Source of the DNA: Armatimonadota bacterium
GTDB lineage: Bacteria; Sysuimicrobiota; Sysuimicrobiia; Sysuimicrobiales; Kaftiobacteriaceae
DNA length: 42,891 bases
Assembly (NCBI GenBank): GCA_037440005.1
Contig: JBBIUY010000026.1
Coordinates: 1 to 42,891 of the forward strand
Direction of reading: 5' to 3'
Shown: positions 9,173 through 18,298 of the stretch, piece after piece
Layout of the letters: every line of letters starts with the position of its first letter
Position numbering within the stretch: position 1 is the stretch's first letter
Notes under the pieces: model-generated
The model's input: the letters and a program-made list of their open reading frames with translations, nothing else
Databases searched by the model: none
What the model was told of the DNA's origin: nothing
Translations under genes and position numbers: made by a program

Positions 9173-10393
9173 ATGGCCCAGGTGATCGAGCAGGCCCAGA
9201 AGGAGAAGGAAGCCCTCATCAGCGGCAGCGAGGCGATCGCCGTCGCCTGCAAGCTGGCCGACGTGGACGTCATCACCGCCTACCCCATCCGCCCCTACGA
9301 CACGGTGATGCAGTACGTGGCCAAGCTGGTGGCCAACGGCGAGCTGGACTGCGAGTACATCGTGGCCGAGTCCGAGCACTCGCAGTTTGAGATCGTCAAG
9401 CACGCCAGCGCTGCCGGCGCCCGGGTCTTCTGCGGCAGCAGCGGCGTGGGCTGGATGTACGCCTTCGAGGCCCTCACCGTCACGCCGGCCCTGCGCATCC
9501 CCCTGGTGGCCATGGTGGGCAACCGGGCCCTGGACGACCCGGGGGCGTTCGGGGTGGAACACAACGACGCCCTGGCCGTGCGGGACCTGGGCTGGCTGCT
9601 GGTGTGGGTGGACACGGCCCAGGAGGCCCTGGACACGGCGCTGATCGCCTACCGGGTGGCCGAGGACCGGCGGGTGTTCCTGCCGTGCGCCATCGCCTGC
9701 GACGGGGCGTTTTTGACCCACTCCCAGGCCCTGGTGAAGATCCCGCCCCAGGAGTGGGTGAAGGCCTTCCTGCCCCCCTACAACCGCGGCGACCTGCTGC
9801 TGCACCCCGACAACCCCATCACCGTCGCGCCCCAGGTGAACGAGGACTGGCTGATGGAGCTGCGCAAGCACAACGACGAGGCCATGAAGCGCGCCAAGAC
9901 GGTGGTGATCCCGGAGGCCTACCGGGAGTTCGAGCGGATCTTCAACCGCTCCTACGGCAACCCGTTCTTCGAGGCGTACCAGACCGACGACGCCGAGGTG
10001 GTGCTGGTGGGCATGGGCACCCTGTCCATGCCGGTGAAGGTGGCCATCCGGCAGATGCGCAAGGAGGGCAAGAAGGTGGGCTTTGTGCGCCTGCGGTGGT
10101 TCCGGCCCTTCCCGGCCGAGGAGCTGGCCGACGTGCTGGGCCGCTACCGGGCCGTGGGCGTTATCGACCGGGACTACTCCTTCGGCGCGCCCCACGTGAG
10201 CGGCGTGCTGGCCACCGAGGTGCGGGCGGCGCTGTACCCCCACCCGTCCCGGCCTCCGGTGCTGGGCTTCATCTGCGGGCTGGGCGGGCGGGAGGTCACC
10301 GTTCCCGACGTCCGGCGCATGAGCGACCTGCTCTTCGAGGCGGCCGCCGGCAAGCCGGTGCCGCTGACCACCTGGGTGGGGATCCGGGAGTGA
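9173..10393 (+). CDS. 2-oxoacid:ferredoxin oxidoreductase alpha subunit (OOR-like, YPIRP motif)
   Basis: AYPIRPY, ESEH, GARVF, RLRWFRPFP, GLGGREV. GGAGG RBS. Confidence 0.92.
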   Translation: MAQVIEQAQKEKEALISGSEAIAVACKLADVDVITAYPIRPYDTVMQYVAKLVANGELDCEYIVAESEHSQFEIVKHASAAGARVFCGSSGVGWMYAFEALTVTPALRIPLVAMVGNRALDDPGAFGVEHNDALAVRDLGWLLVWVDTAQEALDTALIAYRVAEDRRVFLPCAIACDGAFLTHSQALVKIPPQEWVKAFLPPYNRGDLLLHPDNPITVAPQVNEDWLMELRKHNDEAMKRAKTVVIPEAYREFERIFNRSYGNPFFEAYQTDDAEVVLVGMGTLSMPVKVAIRQMRKEGKKVGFVRLRWFRPFPAEELADVLGRYRAVGVIDRDYSFGAPHVSGVLATEVRAALYPHPSRPPVLGFICGLGGREVTVPDVRRMSDLLFEAAAGKPVPLTTWVGIRE

Positions 10394-10427
10394 GGCGGAC
10401 ACGACCGTCACCGGCGAGGTGATACCC

Positions 10428-11453
10428 ATGGATGCCGTGGAGACCGCGCTGCCGACGCAGCCGCTGGAGCAGATCAAGGGGGTCAAGAAGGTCCCCCTGG
10501 AGGAGTACTTCACCTCCGGCCACCGCACGTGTCAGGGGTGCGAGTCGGCCCTGGTGATGAAGCTGATGGTGAAGGCCGCCGGCCCGCGCACCATCGTGCT
10601 GGGCAGCACGGGGTGCATGTACGTGGCCAACACCACCTACTACAGCACGTCGTGGGTGGTGCCCTGGATGCACACCCAGCTGGGGAGCTCGGGCTCGGCC
10701 GGCCTGGGCACGGCGGCGGCCCTGCGGGCCCTGATGCGCAAGGGGAAGATGAAGGAGGAGCCCATCAACGTCATCGCCTTCTGCGGGGACGGCGGCGGCG
10801 CCGATATGGGCCTGTCGGCCATCTCGGCGGCCCTCACCCATCCCCAGTACAACTTCCTCATCCTCCTGTACGACAACGAGTCCTACGCCAACACCGACAT
10901 CCAGCTGTCCGGGCTCACCCCCTACGGCGCTCACACCACCTTCAGTCCGCCGGGGAAGATGAAGCGCATCCTGCACACCCGGTGGAAGAAGAACGTGGCG
11001 GGCATGCTGGCCGCCGGGCACCCCGAGTGCCGGTACGTGGCCACCGTGTGCGCGTCCTACGCGGTGGACTTCATGAACCGCGTGCGCAAGGCGCTGAGCA
11101 TCGGGGGACCCACCTTCATCCACTCCCTGGACCCCTGCCCCAAAGGGTGGGACTACGATCCCATGCTCTCCCACGAGCTGGGCGAGCTGGCGGTGGAGAC
11201 CGGCGTGTGGCCTCTGTACGAGGTGGAAAACGGCGTCCTGAAGCTGTACGGTCGCACCAAGGCCATCGCCGAGAAGCGGGCCAAGCGCAAGCCGGTGCGG
11301 GAGTATCTGATCCGGCAGGGGCGGTTCGCCCACTTTACCGATGACGACATCGACTACTTCCAGGCCAAGGTGGACGAGATGTGGGAGCGCTGGCTGATCC
11401 CCGGCGTGATTCCGTTCCGGAAGGAGCTGGAGCAGGATCGGCCGCCGGTGTGA
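10428..11453 (+). CDS. 2-oxoacid:ferredoxin oxidoreductase beta subunit (TPP-binding, OOR-like)
   Basis: GHRTCQGC, TGCMYVAN, GDGG..D, YDNESYANT, PCPKGW. Confidence 0.92.
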   Translation: MDAVETALPTQPLEQIKGVKKVPLEEYFTSGHRTCQGCESALVMKLMVKAAGPRTIVLGSTGCMYVANTTYYSTSWVVPWMHTQLGSSGSAGLGTAAALRALMRKGKMKEEPINVIAFCGDGGGADMGLSAISAALTHPQYNFLILLYDNESYANTDIQLSGLTPYGAHTTFSPPGKMKRILHTRWKKNVAGMLAAGHPECRYVATVCASYAVDFMNRVRKALSIGGPTFIHSLDPCPKGWDYDPMLSHELGELAVETGVWPLYEVENGVLKLYGRTKAIAEKRAKRKPVREYLIRQGRFAHFTDDDIDYFQAKVDEMWERWLIPGVIPFRKELEQDRPPV

Positions 11454-11474
11454 CGTACCCGACCCATGTGAGAG

Positions 11475-11520
11475 GACGGGCGGGGGGCTTGCCTGACGGG
11501 GGTGAGCCCCCCTGTCTGTC
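11475..11520 (+). other. Intercistronic RNA hairpin with several G-U pairs
   Basis: GACGGGCGGGGGGCTTGCCT pairs with GGGTGAGCCCCCCTGTCTGTC using G-U pairs and one bulge. No U-tract. Confidence 0.5.
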
Positions 11521-11595
11521 TGGGGGCTGGCGGGAGTGCGCCGGCCCCCGAGCGCACGGCGCGCAGGGCAGATCCCTCTGGGGAGGTGAGAGGCG

Positions 11596-12606
11596 ATGCG
11601 GTGGGAGCGGGTGAGACCCGCGGTGGTGGGGGGTCTCGTCCTTGTGCTGGCGGCCCTGGCGGTGCCCGCCGCGGGGGCGCCGGCGTGGGCCCCCCGGCGC
11701 CCGGTGGAGTGGACGATCCCGGCCGGCACGGGCGGAGGGGCGGACCAGCAGGCGCGGTTCATGGCGCCGCTGATTCAGAAGTACAACCTCTCCCCGCAGC
11801 CCTTCATCCCGGTGAACCGGCCGGCGGGAGCCGGGGCCCAGGCGTTCCTGTGGATGATCGACAAGTCCGGCGACCCGCACACCATCCTGATCACCCTGGA
11901 CAACCTGTTTGCCACGCCGCTGGCCCAGGTGATCCGGATGCGGGACGGGTCGCGCTTTGACTGGCGTAAGCTCACGCCCATCGCGCGGCTGTTGCTGGAC
12001 AACTTCGTCCTGTGGGTGCACGCCGACTCGCCATGGAAGACCCTGGCGGAGTTCGAGCGGGCGGCCAAGGCGGCGCCCCCCGGCAGCATCAAGATGGCCG
12101 GCACCGGCAGCAAGCAGGAGGACGAGATCATCATGGTGCTGCTGGAGCAGGCCTGGGGCGTGGACTTCACCTACGTGCCCTTCCCGGGCGGCGGCGCGGT
12201 GGCCGCGGCCCTGGTGGGCAAGCAGGTGGACTTCACCGTCAACAACCCCCTGGAGGCGGTGGGCCACTGGGAGGCGGGCCGGGTGCGGCCCCTGGCCATC
12301 TTCGCCAGCGAGCGGGTGCCCTTCGGCCGCTGGCGGGAGATCCCCACCATGAAAGAACTGGGCGTCAACATCGAGTACCAGATGCTGCGGGGGATCTTCG
12401 GGCCGCCGGCGATGCCGGCGGAGGCGGTGGCGTTCTACCTGGACGTGTTCCGCCGCCTGATGGACACTCCCGAGATGGCCGACTTCATCGAGCGCGGCGC
12501 GTTCACCAAGGCCTTCCTCACCGGCGCCGACTACGTGCGGTGGCTGGAGCAAAAAGACGCCACCGTGCGGACCCTGATGACCAAGGGCGGGCTGATCAGC
12601 CCCTAG
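11596..12606 (+). CDS. tctC: Tripartite tricarboxylate transporter substrate-binding protein (Bug/TctC)
   Basis: Signal peptide, P.RPVE..IPAGTGGGAD, NRPAGAG, YVPFPGGG, IPTMKELG. Confidence 0.92.
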   Translation: MRWERVRPAVVGGLVLVLAALAVPAAGAPAWAPRRPVEWTIPAGTGGGADQQARFMAPLIQKYNLSPQPFIPVNRPAGAGAQAFLWMIDKSGDPHTILITLDNLFATPLAQVIRMRDGSRFDWRKLTPIARLLLDNFVLWVHADSPWKTLAEFERAAKAAPPGSIKMAGTGSKQEDEIIMVLLEQAWGVDFTYVPFPGGGAVAAALVGKQVDFTVNNPLEAVGHWEAGRVRPLAIFASERVPFGRWREIPTMKELGVNIEYQMLRGIFGPPAMPAEAVAFYLDVFRRLMDTPEMADFIERGAFTKAFLTGADYVRWLEQKDATVRTLMTKGGLISP

Positions 12607-12673
12607 CCCGCTCCTGGCGACGCGGCGGCGGGTGGAGGTGCGGCCTCGCCCGCCGCCTGCGCGGAGGACGCCC

Positions 12674-13153
12674 ATGCGCACAGCGGAAGTCGGCATGGCC
12701 GCCGCCCTGGTGGTCCTGGGCGGCGTCCTGATCTGGCAGGCGGTGCAGCTGCCCATCGGGTGGACGCCCATCGGCCCGGGCGCGGGCTTTTTCCCCTTCT
12801 GGCTGGCGGTGGGGGTAACAGTGTCGGCGGCAGGGATTTTGGTGGGCCGGCTGCGGGTGCAGCCGGCGCCCCGGGATCGCAAGGCGTTCATCCCGACGCA
12901 CGCCTGGCGGCCGCTGCTGGCGGTCTTCCTGCCCATGGTGGCGGTGGTGGCGCTGATGAACGTCCTGGGGATCTACCTGGGCGGCGCCCTGTACCTGGCC
13001 GGCTACATGTGGCTGGTGGGCCGGCACCGCCCCCTCACCATCGTGCTGGTGAGCGTGCTGGTGCCGGCGGCCCTGTTCTTCATCTTCGAGCGATGGTTCC
13101 TGCTGCCGCTGCCCAAGGGGGCGGTCCTGGAGAGCATCCTGTACGGGAGATAG
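12674..13153 (+). CDS. tctB: TTT small membrane subunit
   Basis: 4 TM segments, GPGAGFFP and LPLPKG motifs, between tctC and tctA. GGAGG RBS. Confidence 0.88.
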   Translation: MRTAEVGMAAALVVLGGVLIWQAVQLPIGWTPIGPGAGFFPFWLAVGVTVSAAGILVGRLRVQPAPRDRKAFIPTHAWRPLLAVFLPMVAVVALMNVLGIYLGGALYLAGYMWLVGRHRPLTIVLVSVLVPAALFFIFERWFLLPLPKGAVLESILYGR

Positions 13154-13156
13154 GAC

Positions 13157-14686
13157 ATGGGATTTCTGTCGGTCTTTGACAACCTGCTGTACGGCCTGGG
13201 CGTCGCCCTCACGCCCGTCAACCTGCTGGTGGCGGTGGTGGGACTGGTCCTGGGGACCGCCATCGGCGTCCTGCCGGGGCTGGGGGGGACCAACGGGGTG
13301 GCGCTGCTGCTGCCCCTGACCTTCACCCTCACGCCCACCTCGGCCATCATCCTGCTGGCGTCGGTGTACTGGGGCGCCATCTTCGGCGGCGCCATCACCT
13401 CCATCCTGTTCAACATCCCCGGCGAGCCCTGGTCGGTGGCCACCACCTTCGACGGGCACCCCCTGGCCAAGCAGGGCAAGCCCGGGATCGCGCTCACGGC
13501 GGCGTTCACCTCCTCGTTCATCGGGGCGCTGGTCTCCATCATCCTGTTCACCTTCTTCGCCCCGCCCCTGGCCGAGCTGGCGCTGCGCTTTGGCCCGCCG
13601 GAGAACTTCGCGGTGCTCCTGCTGGCGTTCGCCACCTTTGCGGGGCTGGAAAGCGGCCACCCCCTCAAAACCGTCCTGATGACCCTGCTGGGGCTGCTGC
13701 TGTCCACGGTGGGGTTTGACATCGTCAGCGGGCGGCCGCGGATGAACTTCGGGTTCGTGGAGCTGCAGAGCGGGATCAACTTCGTGGTGATTGCCATCGG
13801 CCTGTTCGGTCTGGGGGAGATCTTGCTCACGGTGGAGGAAGGCCTGCGCCTGGAGGGAATCCGGGGCCGGATCAGCTTCCGGGACCTGTGGGAGACCTGG
13901 AGGCTGTTTCCCCGCTACATCGCCACCCTGGTGCGGGCCACCATCCTGGGGTTCTGGATCGGCGTCCTGCCGGGCACCGGGGCCACCCCCGCGTCGTTTG
14001 TGAGTTATGGTCTGGCCAAGCAGTTCAGCAGGCACCCCGAGCGGTTCGGCAAGGGCGAGGTGGAGGGGGTGGTGGCTCCGGAGACCGCCGCCCACGCGGC
14101 CGGCATCGGGGCGCTGCTGCCCATGGTGACCCTGGGCATCCCGGGCTCGCCCACGGCGGCCGTGATGCTGGCCGGGTTCTTCATCTGGGGGCTGAACCCC
14201 GGACCCCTGCTGTTTACCGAGCAGCGGGAGTTCGTCTGGGGCCTGATCGGTTCCATGTACATCGCCAACGTGATCGGCGTCGTCCTGGTCCTGACCATGG
14301 TGCCGGTGTTCGCCGCCATCAACCGTATCCCGTTTGGCATCCTGGCGCCGTTGATCGTGATCCTGTCCAGCATCGGCGCCTACGCCGCCAACAACCAGAT
14401 CCTGGACCTGTGGATCATGCTCGGCTCGGGGGTGGCGGGGTACCTGTTCAAGAAGCTGGGCTACCCCCTGGCGCCCCTGGTGGTGGCGCTGGTTCTGGGC
14501 GACATGACCGAGCAGGCCCTGCGCCAGAGCCTGATCATGGGCCAGGGCCGCCTGAGCTTCTTTTTGACCCGCCCCATCGCCCTGCTGTTCATCGCGGCCA
14601 GCGCGGTGCTGTTCCTGCTGCCCGTGCTCCGGGGGATCCGCCGGCGGCCGGCGCGCGGCGCCCCGCGCCCGGTGGAGGCGGCCTGA
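13157..14686 (+). CDS. tctA: TTT large membrane subunit
   Basis: GVLPGLG, ILFNIPG, GVLPGTGA, TLGIPGS, PGPLLF motifs. Confidence 0.95.
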   Translation: MGFLSVFDNLLYGLGVALTPVNLLVAVVGLVLGTAIGVLPGLGGTNGVALLLPLTFTLTPTSAIILLASVYWGAIFGGAITSILFNIPGEPWSVATTFDGHPLAKQGKPGIALTAAFTSSFIGALVSIILFTFFAPPLAELALRFGPPENFAVLLLAFATFAGLESGHPLKTVLMTLLGLLLSTVGFDIVSGRPRMNFGFVELQSGINFVVIAIGLFGLGEILLTVEEGLRLEGIRGRISFRDLWETWRLFPRYIATLVRATILGFWIGVLPGTGATPASFVSYGLAKQFSRHPERFGKGEVEGVVAPETAAHAAGIGALLPMVTLGIPGSPTAAVMLAGFFIWGLNPGPLLFTEQREFVWGLIGSMYIANVIGVVLVLTMVPVFAAINRIPFGILAPLIVILSSIGAYAANNQILDLWIMLGSGVAGYLFKKLGYPLAPLVVALVLGDMTEQALRQSLIMGQGRLSFFLTRPIALLFIAASAVLFLLPVLRGIRRRPARGAPRPVEAA

Positions 14687-14791
14687 CGGGCGGGCGGCCT
14701 TTCCCGTCGCGGTGGGCGGCGGCCCGCGGACAGGGCGGGCCGCCGCCGCGTGTCCGGGTCCTTCGCCGTCCCTAACCGAGACGGCCGACAG

Positions 14792-16390
14792 ATGCCCACC
14801 GATCCCTGGCGCGTCATCCTGGCCGCCGCCCCCGTGGCCGTGTTGCTGGTGGGGCTGCTGGTGCTGCGCTGGCCCGGCGTCCGCGCGGCCCTGGCGGCCC
14901 TGGCCGTGACGGTGCTGCTGGCGGTGCTGGTGTACGCCACCCCGGTCCGCGGGCTGGCCGCGGCGCTGGCGCGGGCGGCGGTCCTCAGCCTCCACGTGCT
15001 GTACATCGTCTGGGCGGCCCTCCTGCTGTACGAGATCGCCGACGGCGTGGGGGCCATCGCGAGCATCGGGGACGCCGTGGCCCGGCTCACCGAGGACCAC
15101 GTCCTGCAGCTGCTGATCATCGGGTTTGCCTTCAGCGCGTTCTTGCAGGGGGTGGCGGGGTTCGGCGTGCCCGTGGCGGTGACGGCTCCGCTGCTGCTCG
15201 GCCTGGGATTTCCGCCCCTGCAGGCGGCTGCCGTCCCCCTGGTGGGTCACGCCTGGGCGGTGACCATGGGCGACATGGCGTCGTCGTTCCAGGCTCTGCG
15301 GGCGGTGACCGGACTGCCCGCGCGGGCTCTGGGCGTCTGGACGGCGGTCCTGCTGGGGGGCGCGGCGGTGGCCACCGGCTTTGCGGTGGCGCACGTGCAC
15401 GCGGGAACCCGGCCGTTCCGCCGGGCGTTCGGGGCCATCGTCGTCCTGGGCGCGGTCATGGGGGGAGTCCAGCTGCTGCTGGCGCTGGCTCAACACTGGA
15501 TCGTGGCGTCTTTCGGGGCCGGCATGGTGGGGCTGGCGGCGGGCATGGGGCTGGCGCGCCTGGCCCGCCGGCGCGGGCCGGCGTGGCTGGGGACGCTGCC
15601 GGCCTGGCCCCCGCCGGAGGGGCGGCGCGAGCCGCCGCGTCCGGCCCCGGCGGGACACCCGGCCATGGGCTTTCACGAGGCGTTCCTGCCGTACTACACC
15701 CTGATCGGGGTGGTGGGGTGCGCCACGTTCGTGGCCCCCGTGCGCCGGCTGCTGGAGTCGGTGGTGGTGACAGTCCGCTTTGCCCCGGTGCCGACGGAAC
15801 TGGGCTGGCCGGGGGAAGGCGGGGAGGTGCACCTGCAGATCTTCGGGCATCCGGGCGCGCTGCTGCTGTACGCCGCCGCTCTGACGGTCCTGCTGTACCG
15901 GCGGCGGGCGCGGGCGCCGGCGAGCTGGCCCCGGGTGTGGGCGAAGGTGGCCGCCCAGGGCGTCCCCACGTCGGCGGCCGTCGTCCTCCTGGTGGCGGTG
16001 GCCACGGTGATGGGCAGCAGCGGGATGACGTTGCTGCTGGCGCAGGGGCTGGTGACCCTGGTGGGGCCCCTGTTCCCTCTGCTGTCACCCCTGGTGGGCC
16101 TGCTGGGCACGGTGATCACCGGCAGCAACACCAACTCCAACGTGCTCTTCGGCGCAGTCCAGCGGGATGCGGCGCGGCTGCTGGGGATGGACCCGGTGCT
16201 GATGGCCGCCCTGCAGACGGCCGGAGGGTCGCTGGGGTCGATGGTGGCGCCCGCCAAGGTGGTCCTGGCCACGGCCACCACCGGCCTGGCGGGACAGGAG
16301 GGGCGGGTGATGCGGGTGACGGCGCGGTACGCGCTGGTGATGACCGCGGCCCTGGGGCTGGTGGGGCTGGCCCTGCAGGCGCTGCGGTGA
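14792..16390 (+). CDS. L-lactate permease family transporter
   Basis: FLQGVAGFGVPVA and ITGSNTNSNVLFG motifs of the LctP family. Confidence 0.85.
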   Translation: MPTDPWRVILAAAPVAVLLVGLLVLRWPGVRAALAALAVTVLLAVLVYATPVRGLAAALARAAVLSLHVLYIVWAALLLYEIADGVGAIASIGDAVARLTEDHVLQLLIIGFAFSAFLQGVAGFGVPVAVTAPLLLGLGFPPLQAAAVPLVGHAWAVTMGDMASSFQALRAVTGLPARALGVWTAVLLGGAAVATGFAVAHVHAGTRPFRRAFGAIVVLGAVMGGVQLLLALAQHWIVASFGAGMVGLAAGMGLARLARRRGPAWLGTLPAWPPPEGRREPPRPAPAGHPAMGFHEAFLPYYTLIGVVGCATFVAPVRRLLESVVVTVRFAPVPTELGWPGEGGEVHLQIFGHPGALLLYAAALTVLLYRRRARAPASWPRVWAKVAAQGVPTSAAVVLLVAVATVMGSSGMTLLLAQGLVTLVGPLFPLLSPLVGLLGTVITGSNTNSNVLFGAVQRDAARLLGMDPVLMAALQTAGGSLGSMVAPAKVVLATATTGLAGQEGRVMRVTARYALVMTAALGLVGLALQALR

Positions 16391-16472
16391 CGGCAGACGG
16401 CGCAGGCAGGGACCGCGGGCCCCGCCGTCGCAGCACGACACCGACACCCCGCCGATGAGGGGAGGAGATGAC

Positions 16473-17279
16473 ATGGGCGCGGTGACCGCTCCCGACGGCG
16501 TGCACCTGGCCTACGACGACAGAGGGTCCGGCCTGCCGGTGGTCCTGCTGCACGGGTTCCCCTTCTCCCGGCGCATGTGGGCGCCCCAGGCCGCCCTGGC
16601 GGAGCGGTACCGCCTGATCACGCCGGACCTGCGGGGGTTTGGAGACTCCGGCGGCATCCCGCAGTCGCTGGACCAGCTGGCCGACGACCTGCACGCGCTG
16701 GTGGAGCACCTGGGCCTGCGGGAGTGGGTGCTGGGAGGGTTCTCGATGGGGGGCTACGTGCTCTTCCGCTACCTGGCGCGCCACGGCCAGCGGATGCGGG
16801 CGCTGCTGCTGCTGGACACCCGGGCCGAGGCCGACTCCCCCGACGGCCGGCGCCGCCGGCTGGAGGCCATCGACCGCATCGAGCGGGAGGGCCCGGAGAG
16901 CTACCTGGATGAGTTCGTCTCGGTGGTCGTCTCCCCCCGGACGCTGCAGCACCGCCCCGGGGTGGGCCGGACCGTGCGGGCCCTGATGGAGGCCCGGCCC
17001 GCGTCGCTGGTGGCCGTCCTGCGGGCCATGGCCGACCGGCCCGACAGCACGCCACTGCTCGCGCAGATCCGTGTGCCGACGCTGATCGTGGTGGGGGCCG
17101 ACGACCAGGCGACACCGGTGTCGAGCGCCCGGATCATGGCCGAGCGGATCCGCACGAGCACGCTGGAGGTCATCCCGGACGCAGGGCACATGAGCAACCT
17201 GGAGCAGCCCCGCCTGTTCACCGAGGCCGTGACCCGCTTTCTGGAGACTCTGGCGGAGCCCACGCCGGGGACGACCTAA
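16473..17279 (+). CDS. Alpha/beta fold hydrolase
   Basis: LLHGFP, PDLRGFG, nucleophile elbow GFSMGG, D, AGHMSNLE. Confidence 0.92.
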   Translation: MGAVTAPDGVHLAYDDRGSGLPVVLLHGFPFSRRMWAPQAALAERYRLITPDLRGFGDSGGIPQSLDQLADDLHALVEHLGLREWVLGGFSMGGYVLFRYLARHGQRMRALLLLDTRAEADSPDGRRRRLEAIDRIEREGPESYLDEFVSVVVSPRTLQHRPGVGRTVRALMEARPASLVAVLRAMADRPDSTPLLAQIRVPTLIVVGADDQATPVSSARIMAERIRTSTLEVIPDAGHMSNLEQPRLFTEAVTRFLETLAEPTPGTT

Positions 17280-17326
17280 CTGAACGTCCGGCCGGTGCCC
17301 GCCCCCATCGTCCGGCTAGCCCGTCC

Positions 17327-17521
17327 GGTGACTGTCCCCCCGACAGGTGGGGGACAGTCCCTCCGCGCGTGCGGTGACTGTCCCCGGCCACAGCAGATGA
17401 CCCCCTCGCCAGGGGCCAAAGACTCTTCTGTGGAGGTTTTTCCTATGAGAGACCGGCAGGGAGGGGACTGTCCCCGGGTTGGGAGGGGGACAGTCCCCTC
17501 CTGTGATGGGGGACTGTCCCC
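17327..17521. repeat. Cluster of six REP-like palindromes, GG(G/T)GAC(T/A)GTCCC(C)
   Basis: GACTGTCCCC at 17330, 17376, 17466, 17512 and its reverse complement at 17350, 17486. Perfect 16-bp inverted repeat 17460-17475/17486-17501. Confidence 0.9.
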
Positions 17522-17620
17522 ATAGTTAGCCGGGTGGGGCCAGGGTGGGGTGACCCGGCCGGTCATGGGCGGGTGGGCGTCGTGTCGGTATCATGGGGGC
17601 GGTCTGACGGGGGTGGGGAA

Positions 17621-18298
17621 ATGCCCAGGCGTCCGCGGGGCGTGATCGTGAATGCGATGGTCCACGTGACCACGCGGGGGAACCGGGGGAGTCCGATCTT
17701 CCTGCGCCCGGAGGACTACCGGGCTTTTCTGGACGACCTGCGGCACCTCTGCGACCGCCATAGGTGCCGGACCCACGCGTACTGCCTGATGACCAACCAT
17801 CTCCACCTGCTCGTGCAGGTCGGGGAGCGTCCGCTGTCTGCGCTCATGCACGCTCTCCTTCACCGCCATGCCCGGAGGGTCAACCGGCTGTACTACGGCA
17901 CCGGGCACGTCTTCGGGGACCGTTTCTGGTCACGGGCCTGCACGTCGGAGGCGGATGTCCTGACCACCGTGCGCTACATCCACGCCAACCCGGTACAGGC
18001 CGGGCTGGTCGCCCGGCCGGAGGCCTACCCGTGGAGCAGCCACCGGATCTACCTGGGAGACGAGGATGCGCCGTGGGTCGCCACGTCGATCCTGGAGTTC
18101 CTCAGCGCCGACAGGGAGCGGGCGCGCGCCGCGTACGCTCTCTGGATGGCCACCGCCTCGGGCTCAGAGGGTGTGGGCGCAGCGGCCGCCGGGTCTCACG
18201 GGGGTCCCGGCAGCCGCCCCGCCCGGCGGACCTTCCACAGGACGGGCACCCAGGAATATCCCAGGATGTACGAGAACACCGCCGCCCCCGCCAGGTAG
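17621..18298 (+). mobile_element. REP-associated tyrosine transposase (RAYT, Y1/HUH family)
   Basis: MPRRPR, HVTTRGN, AYCLMTNHLHL (HUH), GHVF..RF, RYIHANPV (catalytic Tyr), YPWSS. Adjacent palindromic repeats. Confidence 0.92.

Noticed and set aside
7154..10528. 1124-aa minus-strand ORF and other long shadow ORFs (12596-15850, 23367-27815, 27698-30793)
   Set aside because: They are antisense to well-supported genes and have no motifs. Stop codons are scarce because of the GC bias.
7901..11453. Labelling as ordinary pyruvate:ferredoxin oxidoreductase, or firmly as oxalate oxidoreductase
   Set aside because: YPIRP argues against a standard PFOR and the PGAF loop differs from OOR, so no gene symbol was assigned.
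17327..17521. CRISPR array interpretation of the palindromic repeats
   Set aside because: Units are about 13 bp, alternate in orientation and have short spacers. No cas genes are present.
17621..18298. IS200/IS605 element with TnpB
   Set aside because: Motifs (TRGN, NPV.AG, WSS) are RAYT-type, and no TnpB or RuvC ORF is adjacent.
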